Below are positions 8,444 through 19,200 of a stretch of DNA of 64,000 nucleotides, one piece after another (the stretch's first letter is position 1; each line of letters opens with the position of its first letter). The notes below the pieces were generated by a model. It was given only the letters and a program-made list of their open reading frames with translations. It was not told where the DNA came from and ran no database searches. Source of the DNA: a virus. A program made the position numbers and the translations under genes. The stretch spans positions 34,002 to 98,001 of IMG/VR virus record IMGVR_UViG_3300022538_000960; one strand, given 5' to 3'.

Positions 8444-11161
8444 ATGCCTTTTAACGATAGCTCACTGAATCGGATAGGTTCAAACCTGATCGATTTCAAT
8501 CTTCGAGTTACTGCTCAGGCTGATATTGGAAAGAGTTTGCTGATCATTGGCACGTCTAGTGATGGACCTGTTAATGTTCCGATTAGAATAACGGAAATAG
8601 GTGGACTAGGCGCGGCAGCCGAGGTGTTCGGCGATGTTAGCAAAGGTTCTCTCCTGCATACAGCCATGGAAGCTAATCGTGCGAACAGGCGCGCAAAAGA
8701 TATCCGTCTCATGAGAATTAGTAACGGCAATGAAGCACAATTGTGTTTCAAAGAAGTTGATATTTCTGGTGAGTACGGAATATCTCCTCCAGCGAAAAGT
8801 GTTGACGAGGAATCTTATTATTGCACACCAGCTCCGGCAGTTCAAATGCCGGATGTGTTCTGTTTGACTGCAAAATACCCGGGTCAGATTTATAATCAAG
8901 TTTCGGTCAGAGCTGAAACCGGTGATGGCGACCTACATCCTGCGTCTCAATATATTGTGATTTATAATCCGAAAACTGCGAAGGAGTCCTGGTTTTCTTT
9001 TAATTACACAGATTTTGACGCAATTGTTGATTGCCATACTGTTGAAGACCTAGCTGATGCCATTAATGCGGATTCGAATTTGAATAGCATAATTATAGCA
9101 ACAGTTAAAGAATTGAACGCAATTTTTGAACTCACCGCTTCTGATCCAAATGATCCAGCAAATACCAGGTGTGACCGGGGTGTTTCATATGACAGCAACG
9201 GATATTTGAAGATCCAACTTAGTGAAATAACTCCAGTGTTTTATAATGATAATGCGAACTGCTGCATATCGAATGTTACTACCACTGGTGGAACTTGTAA
9301 TGTGCCCACGGCTGGTGATTTGATTGTGCAATTCAATGAGCTTTATGAGGTTCGTGAATATAAAGAATCAAATAAGAAACTCAAAGGACTTACCAACTGC
9401 ATTCTTGATCATATTCCTGTAAAAGGTGTTGCTACGATTCCAACGACTACTCTGATAAAATATCGAAGTTTCACCGATGCCGAGTATGCCACCCCGCAAC
9501 TGATCATGCATTACAGAGGAATTGTCATAGCAACCATAACCGATACCGGGACTTTGGCTTTTGAGTTTGCATCCGAGATTTGCCCCGATGATGGCTATGT
9601 GGATGATCTATACTGTTTAGCGACCGATAGTATGTATATGGCAAACTATGGCGCTATTGGTGCCCTTCGCTCTAATGTTCAATTGGATGCTCTTCAGACT
9701 ACGTTCCATTTGTATGGAACAAAAAGTAGTCTTAAATATGAAATTCCATCTGGCCATTATAGGTGCGAATATGTCCCTGGAACTGAAATAGTTACAGTGA
9801 GTTTCTGTTCTGGGGAGGTTTTGCCTGCAGTTGGAACCGTACTGAGCTGCGATTATGATTCTTGCATTGAGGATTTGTCGTCAGAGGCTGGAACTTTGAC
9901 CGCCTGTTTGAACAGTAATGACTGGCATACATGGTTTGTGAGTGGAAAGACACTAACATTTGGTAAATCTCTTCCTGGAAATGCATCCTTCAGATATAGA
10001 TATAAAAATAAATTGGAAGAGGGAGCTGATTTTGTCGTCACGAGTTCGACTGGAAGAAAAAATGATATTGTCCAATTCACAAGTCTTGAAACTCAGCCGG
10101 AATTGAGCGGAGCTATGGATACTTCTGGAGTATTGCTTGGATTTGATTATATTTATCTTCCAGAGTGGATATCAGATGGTGCGGTTAAAACACTTACTGG
10201 TGGCACGAATGGAATTGATATGAGCAACTATGAAAAGTATGAGATTTTGCGCGAAGCTCTTGAAGTTGTCCAAGATTATCCAGTGTCATACATAGTTTTA
10301 GCTGGAATATATTTTGATGATACCAAAATCGTGTATGATCCAGAAACCGGCATTCCGCTGGAAACCAATGCTGGATTTCATACATTGCTTCATAATCATC
10401 TTGAGGAATTGACCGGTTCGACCAGTGAGACCACTGGAATCATGTCGGCTAAACCCGCTGATGGAAATACGCCGGCAGATGTCAGAGCTTGGGTTGAAAG
10501 ACTCACAGTGACAGATGCCAGCGATCCGAATCGGGCAGCGAATATCTTATCAAGTTTCGGAAGCAAATATATGACCATTGTCGGTGGAGAATTAATTTTC
10601 TCTAATGAGGCGGCATATATTCCTTATGCAAATACTACTGAAGGTTTGTATGGGGGACTGCTTTCCGCACTGCCAATAAATACGTCTCCGAGTAATAAGA
10701 CAGTGTTTGGGGTGACGAATGTAAGATATCTGATGTCCGGTGGTGAAAATGGTCAATTGGATCGATTGACAAGACTCAGACTTGTGACTTTCAAGCAAAA
10801 GCAAGATGGTGATATTGCCGTTGTTTCCGGAGTTACTGCTGCTCCATCTGGAAGTGATTATCAACGAGAAATGACCAGGAATACTGTGTTTGAATCGATG
10901 GCGCTAATCCGTGCAGTCTGTGAACCATTTTTGGGTGAAGGTAATAGTCCACAAATTCGAGCTGCTATGGAAACTGCCATCAATTCGGCGCTCCAGAAAT
11001 TGGTCGAAATGAATCCTCCGGCTCTTAGTGAATATGATTTTACTATAAGATCTACCGCTGCTGATCAAGTACTAGGAATTGTAAACATTGATCTCGTGCT
11101 CGTTCCTGTGTTCGAGCTCAGAGAGATTCGCGTAACTGTAAAGTTGCGAGCTGAATTATAA
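8444..11161 (+). CDS. Contractile tail sheath protein with large insertion domains
   Basis: N-terminal LLIIGTSSDGPVNVP; AKYPG..YN; LTGGTNG; C-terminal sheath domain (CEPFLGEGN...VNIDLVLVPVFELREIRVTV). Confidence 0.9.
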   Translation: MPFNDSSLNRIGSNLIDFNLRVTAQADIGKSLLIIGTSSDGPVNVPIRITEIGGLGAAAEVFGDVSKGSLLHTAMEANRANRRAKDIRLMRISNGNEAQLCFKEVDISGEYGISPPAKSVDEESYYCTPAPAVQMPDVFCLTAKYPGQIYNQVSVRAETGDGDLHPASQYIVIYNPKTAKESWFSFNYTDFDAIVDCHTVEDLADAINADSNLNSIIIATVKELNAIFELTASDPNDPANTRCDRGVSYDSNGYLKIQLSEITPVFYNDNANCCISNVTTTGGTCNVPTAGDLIVQFNELYEVREYKESNKKLKGLTNCILDHIPVKGVATIPTTTLIKYRSFTDAEYATPQLIMHYRGIVIATITDTGTLAFEFASEICPDDGYVDDLYCLATDSMYMANYGAIGALRSNVQLDALQTTFHLYGTKSSLKYEIPSGHYRCEYVPGTEIVTVSFCSGEVLPAVGTVLSCDYDSCIEDLSSEAGTLTACLNSNDWHTWFVSGKTLTFGKSLPGNASFRYRYKNKLEEGADFVVTSSTGRKNDIVQFTSLETQPELSGAMDTSGVLLGFDYIYLPEWISDGAVKTLTGGTNGIDMSNYEKYEILREALEVVQDYPVSYIVLAGIYFDDTKIVYDPETGIPLETNAGFHTLLHNHLEELTGSTSETTGIMSAKPADGNTPADVRAWVERLTVTDASDPNRAANILSSFGSKYMTIVGGELIFSNEAAYIPYANTTEGLYGGLLSALPINTSPSNKTVFGVTNVRYLMSGGENGQLDRLTRLRLVTFKQKQDGDIAVVSGVTAAPSGSDYQREMTRNTVFESMALIRAVCEPFLGEGNSPQIRAAMETAINSALQKLVEMNPPALSEYDFTIRSTAADQVLGIVNIDLVLVPVFELREIRVTVKLRAEL

Positions 11162-11183
11162 TTCAAAAGGAGGTTAATAAATT

Positions 11184-11837
11184 ATGCCAGTTGGATTGGA
11201 AACTAGTTCAGTAACACGAACATATACGTCTTTTACGGGCGCGGATCTTAAAGCCATCTTCCATAACATCGTTATAGCTGAACTCATTGGTATTTCCTAT
11301 ACTATTACCAGAGAAATTGCTCCTATCTATACTACAGGTTCTGCTGATCCGAGAAGTTTTAGCAAAGGCAAAAGAGGAATAGCTGGAACCATGGTAATGC
11401 ACAATTTTGATAGGCACGCTTTGAGGAACATCATGGATAAGTCCACGTATGTAGCGAAGAATGACGACTTTCAAAGTGTAGGTTGGAAGCCAATAGATGA
11501 AATCAGTGGAATCGCTGGTGAAGGAAGATTAGGGGTCAGACTTGCAAATCCAATATATGTTGATCAGATTCCGCCATTTGATATTACAATTGCGTATGCG
11601 AATGAAACAGGACAAATGGCAACTGAGAGACTGATGGGGGTGCAAATTCTGAATGAAGGTCATGGGATCTCTATCGATGATCTAACAAATGAGACTAATA
11701 TGACCTTTGTGTGCAGACATATTCAGGGTATGATCCCGGCGGAAACCATTAGCCCGTCAACTCAAGACCTGGAAAGACCTAACTATTCACCGTGGCGCAA
11801 CCTCGGAGGTGGAGCATTTACAGCCCCCGGTGAATAA
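11184..11837 (+). CDS. Tail tube protein (paralogue 1)
   Basis: Directly after the sheath; SFTGAD...ISY...RE.AP.Y..G...PRSFSKGKRGIAGT...DQIPPFDITI. Confidence 0.8.
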   Translation: MPVGLETSSVTRTYTSFTGADLKAIFHNIVIAELIGISYTITREIAPIYTTGSADPRSFSKGKRGIAGTMVMHNFDRHALRNIMDKSTYVAKNDDFQSVGWKPIDEISGIAGEGRLGVRLANPIYVDQIPPFDITIAYANETGQMATERLMGVQILNEGHGISIDDLTNETNMTFVCRHIQGMIPAETISPSTQDLERPNYSPWRNLGGGAFTAPGE

Positions 11838-11840
11838 AGC

Positions 11841-11929
11841 ATTTATTTGGAGGAAAACTTCTTCATGGATCCTCCAGCCACGGTTGTGGGAGGGCCACTC
11901 CCCATGGTCCTCCTGCAGCCGAAATAAAT
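11841..11929 (+). ncRNA. Structured intergenic RNA element (two hairpins)
   Basis: 7-bp stem 11848-54/11870-76; 17-bp stem 11881-97/11905-21 including 4 G-U pairs; flanks ATTTATTT/AAATAAAT are complementary. Confidence 0.5.
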
Positions 11930-11931
11930 TT

Positions 11932-12120
11932 ATGAAAAAAATCATTGAATATACGTACGATGAGGAATCGGACGTTATGTATATATCCTTTGGTAAACCC
12001 AAACCTGCCGTTTGTCATGAAGTAGAAGAAGGGATGCTGCTTCGTAAAGATGCTGGTACGGGAATGTGGTGTGGTTTGACTATAATAAATTTTAGTAAGC
12101 GGTGTAATAAAGAAAAATGA
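11932..12120 (+). CDS. DUF2283-like small protein 1
   Basis: YTYDEESDVMYISFG...EVEEGMLLRKD..TG...GLTIINFSKR matches the DUF2283 pattern; real start is probably ATG 11932. Confidence 0.7.
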   Translation: MKKIIEYTYDEESDVMYISFGKPKPAVCHEVEEGMLLRKDAGTGMWCGLTIINFSKRCNKEK

Positions 12121-12296
12121 TTACATGGAATTACGATAAGAAAGCTGATGTAATGTATATCACTTTCGGTAAACGACAAAAAGACAATATTGATCACCAA
12201 GTTGAAGGGGGTATATACCTCAGCAAAAGCATAAATAATAAAAAGTGGTGTGGTCTAACAATTGTTGATTTCAGCAAGCGATGTAATTCGACATGA
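12117..12296 (+). CDS. DUF2283-like small protein 2 (59 aa, absent from the ORF track)
   Basis: Translated by hand: MITWNYDKKADVMYITFGKRQKDNIDHQVEGGIYLSKSINNKKWCGLTIVDFSKRCNST; ATGA overlaps at both ends; clear paralogue of the previous gene. Confidence 0.75.
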   Translation: MITWNYDKKADVMYITFGKRQKDNIDHQVEGGIYLSKSINNKKWCGLTIVDFSKRCNST

Positions 12297-13171
12297 AAAT
12301 ACAACATAGACAATATGGGAAGGTGGGAAATCTGCGGCCTGCGGCGTATGATTCTCCACAGTCTATAACCACATTCACTGGGGCTGATATTACAGCTGTC
12401 GCCTATATTCATGATCAGCTTAAAGTGTTGGGTGAATTACAGACGATCTCCTATTCGATTCATCGTGAGAAAAGTGCAGTCATGCTTTTAGGGAGAATAG
12501 ATCCTCCATGTTTTACTCGTGGTCCTCGGACGGTGGCCGGATCATTAATCTTTACAGTTTTTGATCGGGAAGTATTGGAAGAACTTCTTAATACATATCC
12601 GGACGATACCGTTGATAATGATTTCAGTACGCTCCTATTGGATCAGATTCCCCCATTTGATGTAACAATTTCGTTTATGAATGAGGATGGGTATCTATCC
12701 TCTATGGTTATCTACGGACTTGAAATTGTTGATGATGGGCAGGTTATGTCGATCAATGATATGATCATAGAAAATGTTAAAGCATATAAGGCTCGCGGAA
12801 TCGACCTGATGTATAAGAAATCTGGTGGAGTCTGGACTCCAGCTAGAAAATTTAATCCATCTGCTCGATTCGAATCTCTGAATCCAATGAAAGTTAGGAA
12901 TATTGAGGGGGATTATATAAAATATGTTGAAGAATTGGATGGTCAAATCGATGTTCTATACGCGCAAATAGTGGTTCTTAGTTCCGAGAATACTAGACTT
13001 GAGCTTACGGGCGGAAGCCAAAATGATATGGATGCAAATGAATTGGAAATTGTGAAATTGGAGGCACAAATTGAAAATTTGAGAAGAGAAAAGAGAACCA
13101 TAGAAGTTAAACTTGGAATTGAGGAAAGAAGGAAGGATTTAGGTTTATTGGGAACGAGCTGGGTTTCATAA
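12293..13171 (+). CDS. Tail tube-like protein (paralogue 2) with C-terminal coiled coil
   Basis: TFTGADI...ISYSIHREK...G...P..FTRGPRTVAGSLIF...DQIPPFDVTI aligns with tube 1. Confidence 0.75.
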   Translation: MKIQHRQYGKVGNLRPAAYDSPQSITTFTGADITAVAYIHDQLKVLGELQTISYSIHREKSAVMLLGRIDPPCFTRGPRTVAGSLIFTVFDREVLEELLNTYPDDTVDNDFSTLLLDQIPPFDVTISFMNEDGYLSSMVIYGLEIVDDGQVMSINDMIIENVKAYKARGIDLMYKKSGGVWTPARKFNPSARFESLNPMKVRNIEGDYIKYVEELDGQIDVLYAQIVVLSSENTRLELTGGSQNDMDANELEIVKLEAQIENLRREKRTIEVKLGIEERRKDLGLLGTSWVS

Positions 13172-13204
13172 GTTCCTATCTTACTCATATTCAATAACTT
13201 ATCG

Positions 13205-13237
13205 GGCGGATATAAATTTTAATATCCGCCATTTTTT
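13205..13237 (+). terminator. Rho-independent terminator
   Basis: GGCGGATAT-8nt-ATATCCGCC followed by aTTTTTT. Confidence 0.8.
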
Positions 13238-13255
13238 GTGGGAAAATTGGGAATT

Positions 13256-13269
13256 TGAGCTATAACATT
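13256..13269 (+). promoter_or_regulatory. Conserved motif TGAGCTATAACATT, copy 1 (candidate phage promoter)
   Basis: Exact 14-mer also at 30584 and 44560; here it lies just after a terminator and before an AGGAG RBS. Confidence 0.6.
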
Positions 13270-13284
13270 CGATAGGAGCAAATT

Positions 13285-14604
13285 ATGAATAAATTTCGTA
13301 GTGGAGAAAAATTGTCATCCATTGATATAACCAGTGAACGGAAGTTTGATCTTGATCAAATCCGATTAAAGCAGTTACGTAAGCTGAGAGAATATTACAC
13401 CGAATTTTATTCCGGGCAACAGGTAAAGGTGTATATTAACGATGTTCTTCTTGATTTAGTGGCTATTGCGTGGAATGCTACACAGAATAAGATGCCGGTG
13501 TATGGATTTGCCTCGCAGCTCTTTGATGCCGTTGCCGAAGGAACATTTATTGTCAATGGGGAATTTACATTAGCCTTCAAAGATGTTGCAACAATGCATT
13601 TCATAAATAGACATATCAAAGGTCAGGAATATGATGCAGAGACTTATGCCGCAAATATTAAAAAACTGCGGGCACTTCCTAGCGCGTCGGTCATACATGA
13701 AATGGGACCGGGTTCCGTTGGACTTACCCCGGTGGTTGCTCAAGTTCAGGAACTTACAATAGATGAAGAAGGGAATGTTGTTCCAGACGGAACCAAGGGC
13801 AAAATATACGTATCAAAAAATCGAGTAGAAGATCTTTTTGGTGGGCCAGATAATTTTGATGATCTATGTGATGCGATGGAGGATTCTATTTGGGGGATCG
13901 GAGACTACTATAAAAATCAATATAAAAGGCCTGACGAAATTGATAAGGAACAGAGATTTGATTCATATGGAATAGGCTATGATGTTGCAGGAAAAGGGTT
14001 TAATTTATTAGTCACATATGGTAATCCAAATAATTCTGAATCTGAACATACATTGAAAACGCTAAATGATGTGCATATCCTGGGTAGTGCCCAATCTATA
14101 GATCCAAATGCTGGATTCATTATCGAGACATATTCATTCTTTGCTAGGAATATGGATCAGCCCATGTCCAACTATAAGGGATTTGATAAACCGAATATTC
14201 CTACAGACAGAATTGGAAGGAGCCCAACTGTTCTTAATTTTACAGTTCCTCTCACCGCATTTGATCACTGCAATAGGGAATTTTTTGAAGAGCCAACAAG
14301 CATGATTCTGTCAATAAAAGATAAAATTTGGGATTTAAGGAGGGAGGACAAAAATTCAAAAACTTATTTTATAAGGTCGGAAATATTAATTCCAAGTGAT
14401 TGGACCGTTGATAATCCAGAAAATGAAACTAGAATTATTGAAAAAGGCCCCGTTACCAGAAAGAATCTTCTCAATTATTTTGCCAGCAAAATACATGAGG
14501 TTATTAAAGATGCTGCCAGGGCAACTGAGACCACTTTTTCATTCGTTACTAATATTTCATCTTCTCTTAAAACTGAATTTATCATAAATGTGTCGATTGA
14601 GTAA
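13285..14604 (+). CDS. Tail tube-like/tube initiator protein (paralogue 3)
   Basis: FYSGQQVKVYI...QNKMPVYGFAS..FDAVAEG..IVNG.F and VHILGS.QSI......IETYSFFARN; divergent tube fold with insertions. Confidence 0.6.
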   Translation: MNKFRSGEKLSSIDITSERKFDLDQIRLKQLRKLREYYTEFYSGQQVKVYINDVLLDLVAIAWNATQNKMPVYGFASQLFDAVAEGTFIVNGEFTLAFKDVATMHFINRHIKGQEYDAETYAANIKKLRALPSASVIHEMGPGSVGLTPVVAQVQELTIDEEGNVVPDGTKGKIYVSKNRVEDLFGGPDNFDDLCDAMEDSIWGIGDYYKNQYKRPDEIDKEQRFDSYGIGYDVAGKGFNLLVTYGNPNNSESEHTLKTLNDVHILGSAQSIDPNAGFIIETYSFFARNMDQPMSNYKGFDKPNIPTDRIGRSPTVLNFTVPLTAFDHCNREFFEEPTSMILSIKDKIWDLRREDKNSKTYFIRSEILIPSDWTVDNPENETRIIEKGPVTRKNLLNYFASKIHEVIKDAARATETTFSFVTNISSSLKTEFIINVSIE

Positions 14605-15232
14605 AATCGTAGAACTTCAAAGAAAATATACGGATATTTATTTATCAAACTTACGTGGTAAGACCTATATTTTTAGAGATCCTACTTTGGGCGAATGGAT
14701 GAAGCTGGAGAAGTTTGAATTTTCAAAATTGAATGCCAGCGCATACTTGGTCGATACCTTATTGCTTCATCCTTCGAAAGAAAGCCTACTAGCGGGCGAG
14801 ATCCTATCATTAGGCAATGAAATTTATAAGGTTGCTTCCAAATTTGCAGATGATAATGTAATTGCTGGAACGTTGGATACGATATCAAAGGACCTGAATA
14901 GTGGAGATAGTATAGAAAGTGTTATTATGATTATCTGTTCGGCATTTCCATCCTATAAACCCGAAGACATATATGAATTCAATTTTGATAGATTGATGAC
15001 AAGACTAGCTCAAGCTGAAAAAATTCTTTCCCCACCGGAAGTTCCAGGGACTGTTGGAGATGGAACTCCTATTTTGCCGGAACAGGCTTCAGGAATTGCC
15101 AGATCGAAAAATGATTTGCAAATTGCATTGGCAAAACATAGAAGCCAAATAAAGAAACTTACGCCACATAAAGATTCGAAACCTTATCAAGATCTGAACA
15201 CGAAAAAACCTAATAAGTTAAGGAGGGAATGA
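14588..15232 (+). CDS. Putative tail assembly chaperone
   Basis: YIFR.PTLGEW...LLHP; AFPSYKPEDIY; position between tube genes and the tape-measure locus. Confidence 0.5.
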   Translation: MCRLSKIVELQRKYTDIYLSNLRGKTYIFRDPTLGEWMKLEKFEFSKLNASAYLVDTLLLHPSKESLLAGEILSLGNEIYKVASKFADDNVIAGTLDTISKDLNSGDSIESVIMIICSAFPSYKPEDIYEFNFDRLMTRLAQAEKILSPPEVPGTVGDGTPILPEQASGIARSKNDLQIALAKHRSQIKKLTPHKDSKPYQDLNTKKPNKLRRE

Positions 15233-15233
15233 A

Positions 15234-15482
15234 ATGAGTTGGAAGATATGCCCCGCGTGCAAAGGAAAATGTTATATAATTTGCAAAGATTCGGATGGGA
15301 ATGAAATTCCTCATAAATGCCCGGTTTGTGATTCTAAAGGCGAAATTTTTGTTGACGAAGTAAATCCCTACAGATGGTGGAGCCATCCATGCTATCCTTG
15401 TTACCCCATTTCTCCATGCATTGAATCAGATAGTACCGGGAATTGGCCGCCCGATGGCATAATTATTCAATATCAATACTAA
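15234..15482 (+). CDS. Small zinc-ribbon protein (DnaJ-type CxxCxG repeats)
   Basis: CPACKG...CPVCDSKG; RBS GGAGG. Confidence 0.55.
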   Translation: MSWKICPACKGKCYIICKDSDGNEIPHKCPVCDSKGEIFVDEVNPYRWWSHPCYPCYPISPCIESDSTGNWPPDGIIIQYQY

Positions 15483-15498
15483 GGAAGGAAGGTAAATT

Positions 15499-15738
15499 AT
15501 GGATTTCCAAACTGGTGTATATTATTATCATTCAAAAGAAAAAAGAAATTACTTGTGTGTTGAAGTTAATAAAAGTCCGCATTGGGTTGAACCCGAAGAA
15601 CATGCTGCGGATGAAATACTTTATTCATTTAAGAGATGCAAGAAAAATAGTACTGCAATCGAAGATCATATCCCGGTCTATATATCTGATAGGCGATGGC
15701 TTAATCAATTAATTAATCAATTAAAGGAGGTGGAATGA
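15499..15738 (+). CDS. Hypothetical protein
   Basis: RBS AGGAAGGT; ATGA overlap with the next gene. Confidence 0.5.
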   Translation: MDFQTGVYYYHSKEKRNYLCVEVNKSPHWVEPEEHAADEILYSFKRCKKNSTAIEDHIPVYISDRRWLNQLINQLKEVE

Positions 15739-16142
15739 TGTCTGTGGATCAGAAAGAAGAACAGACAGAATGGACATACCCGTTTACTGCGGAAATGATG
15801 AATGGCTGGAAAGAAAAATTCAAGGATGTTTTTTGTCTTAAGATTAATGATAAGTTTTATGCTTATAAACCCTTGAGCGTGGGGGAACTTAGGGAACTTC
15901 AAGTTGCCGAGATGAAAACAATCAGAGAGCTGGAGTCAAATAATGAATTAACTGACGATGAAAAAATGACTTTTGTCCAAAGCAAATCGATGGAGCGGAC
16001 GGTCGCCACATGTGTCCTCTGGCCGGAGGATTTTAGTTCGCAATTAGATAGTGTCCCATGTGGAGTCGTTGATAGGTTGAACGCAGAAATATTCAAAGTT
16101 TCCGGTTATGAGGAAGCCACAACTGAGCCGATGAAATTATAA
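15735..16142 (+). CDS. Putative tail assembly chaperone
   Basis: RBS AAGGAGGT; WKEKF..V.......Y.YKPL...E; CVLWP; G....L...I...SG pattern. Confidence 0.55.
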   Translation: MMSVDQKEEQTEWTYPFTAEMMNGWKEKFKDVFCLKINDKFYAYKPLSVGELRELQVAEMKTIRELESNNELTDDEKMTFVQSKSMERTVATCVLWPEDFSSQLDSVPCGVVDRLNAEIFKVSGYEEATTEPMKL

Positions 16143-16184
16143 TGGGTAGGCTGGGGAGATAATAATTTCATGATATAAAATTAT

Positions 16185-16217
16185 GGCGGGAGGATTTGAT
16201 GATTCCCCCGCCTTTTT
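16185..16217 (+). terminator. Hairpin plus U-tract upstream of the first giant gene
   Basis: GGCGGG-aggat..attcc-CCCGCC-TTTTT. Confidence 0.65.
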
Positions 16218-16228
16218 CATTAATACTT

Positions 16229-19200
16229 ATGTACCAAGACTATTTTTACGAGCAAAGAGAGAATCTGGATTATAGGGATCGGCAACTACCCAGTCCTTTG
16301 AAAACTATAGGGGCTGGGGCGTTTTCACTCCTGGCTTTTGTGGTCATCAGGGGGGCGGCGGTTCGTGGGTCTTCTGCTGCGAGCAAAGCCCTGTCTCGCA
16401 ACTTGGCAAGAGTAGTAAGATCAGTTCAAGCCCCGGCATGGGCTAAATCCTATAGGAATTTAAGAGCTGCGGCGATAAGAAGTGGCCGGGCTGAAGCTAG
16501 GGAATTTGGAGTATTGGCTCCCAAGGATATTGGAATAGCCGCCACGGTAAAAGAAATACCCTTAATTCATAGAGCTCGAGCCAAATTTACAACTACCTTT
16601 GCAAAGCAAATTGAATCCAGGCGGCAGTATTATTATAGGGACTTAGGCTTACGCCAGAAAGAACTGTACGCCGCATTAAAGCATGGCCATCACCCAAAAT
16701 CTCTTGATCAAAGACTCAAGGCTTTAAAAACATTCATGAAACCCGATGGGGCATTTTCTGCCCGTTTCATGGCCGCTGCTGGGAAATGGGGCGAACGATA
16801 TGCCAAGATGATCCCTGGGTTTTATGTTGCGGATCAAGCATTGGGTCTATTTTCAAAGGCGCGACCAGAACACCTGAAACCAGCATGGTATAATATACCC
16901 GGACATGTCGCTGGGATGGTCAGATTTGGAATCGAATTTGCTCCAATTGATTTAGCATTTAGTGGTGCTTTGCGGGTGCTTAGATATGGCAGAGCCGTAG
17001 CTGCAAGAAGTGCCCAATTGGGCGTCCGCGAATTCCCACACGTAAGAGAGGGATTTACAAAAGCCGTTGAAACCTTGCACATAAAAGGTGCTCAATGGCA
17101 TGCGTCTATTTCTAAGCATTGGGCTACTCGCAGACGTGGAGCATGGCCTTCGATTCAGGAACTCAAACGTGGCATCAGAGATCGCAAGGCTCCGCATTCA
17201 ATGGATATTATCAGATTGTATTCTGATATCGTAAAAGATGCCAAAGTCCAGAGGAAACCCTATTTCAAAATGGAGCAGCAACTTACTCAGATCCTAGGTG
17301 TTCTTGGTATGAGGAAGGATCCCACACTGCTCCGCGAAATGTCTAGAAATACTGAAATCAAAAAGGCATTTGATGAAGTTCTTGCAAAATTTGAGAGGCG
17401 ACCAAAACAGACATTTATAGAATATGCACTTAAAACTCCGGAGAGGCCGGCGGATTGGGCTCCACGTAGGTTGTCAACTACATCATATATTAAGAGATAT
17501 GCGAAAGAAGCCCAATGGGATCCGGAAACTACAAATAATGCTTTAAAGTTGCTTGGAGGAAAAGAATTATATTATGGCCAAAATATCCTTAGAAAAGGCA
17601 ATTTTTCAATGTTCAATGCTAGCTTTGCGGCTGGCAAGGTAATAGATGTAATGGGGAAATGGAAGGTGCCGTTTATTAGCTGGCATCCTTTCAGACGAAT
17701 GATGGTTGCTGGAATTCCCAGAATAGGAATTCCGGGCAAAGGTCCCGCATTCAGAATTCTTGATGAAAAACAATCTGCATTGATGGCTGAGGCTGCAGCC
17801 AATGCCGATCTAAATGTTACTAGGTCTCCGCAACTCAAAGTCGGGGAATATTTCATGAGGATTGGAGATCATCTTTTTAGGCTTAGCCCTGAGAAACTTA
17901 TCGAAAGAGTTTCCGGACATTGGAGAGTCAGCGTTGATACAATTACTGCTGGAGAAAGAAGACATTTCCAAGGTCTGGTTGAAAGTCAGACTGATTATGA
18001 ACATACTGGTTGGTTGGGACATCTGCGGCAAAAGTTTGAATTAGGCCGATCTCCTCACTTCATAGGAAAGCGACTTAAAGAATATATTATTCAAGATTTT
18101 AATCCCGAGAGCCCCCACGTATTGATGCATGAAAAAGGGAAATATGTTAATATGCTCAGACATCTCCAAGGCGATAAGATCCTCAGTCCTCGAGAACAGA
18201 AGGAATTTATAAATTATTCAAGAGCGGTGGGTCGCCACTTATATGGATCAGAACAAACGGCTTTAGAAGTCTTTCATAATAATCAAGGTCTCAGAGGGAA
18301 AGTCCTTGATATCTTAGGTGGCGTTGATGCAAAGAAGGCTAAGAAGATTTTAAATGATGCAAATATAGATAGGGTAATTGACGATCTATCCTTATTTGAC
18401 TATGCACTACCAGAAACATATTCCCAAAGAACCATTCAACAAGTTCGCCGAGCACTCCACGATGTCCAAAATCTTACAGGCCCTGATCGAGAATTCCTAT
18501 TAAGATCAAGATCAAGTATTCTTGAACAGTCTAGCAATTTGACCGTGGAAGATTATCTGATGGGGCAGTATTTTAAGAAGACATTGGAAAATTACAGCCA
18601 GGCTGGAAAGATCACGGAAGGCGTCTACGATAAAATTTTCAAATCCATTGATGATACGCTCCTGGCCAAAAGGGAAAAATCTAAGGCAAAATCATTATTT
18701 ACTAGTATGAAAATTAATAGGCCTATGTCCGATTATCTGAATGTATATAGTGATCAGGAAGTAATCAATAGTTTGGATACTGTCGGGCATCTTAGGGATA
18801 TTATTACCCCAAATGAAAGTTTGCTTAGGGAAGTATTTAAATTGGATTATAAGTCTCTTCGGGAATCTATGAAAATAAATAGATTCATGAAGGACACTCT
18901 TGTTCCCCTTGAGATCCAAGGATTTTTGGGACCCATAGATGAGATATGGAGGGTTCAAGGTCATGGAGCTCCAGCTGCTCCAAAGGATCTTTTTGGCGCC
19001 GCCCCAGGATTTGGGGACATGCTTAAAAGCGATTTTAAAAAATTCTTTAGGATTTCTGATTCCGCAACCCAAATAAATTACGAGCCATATGTTACCAAGC
19101 AAAGCATGCTCCTTCATAGATGGGCAATTAGGCCATTCAATATGACATTAGGATGGATTGGTCTGGATTTACATTATAGATCAAACGCTGAATTTATGAA

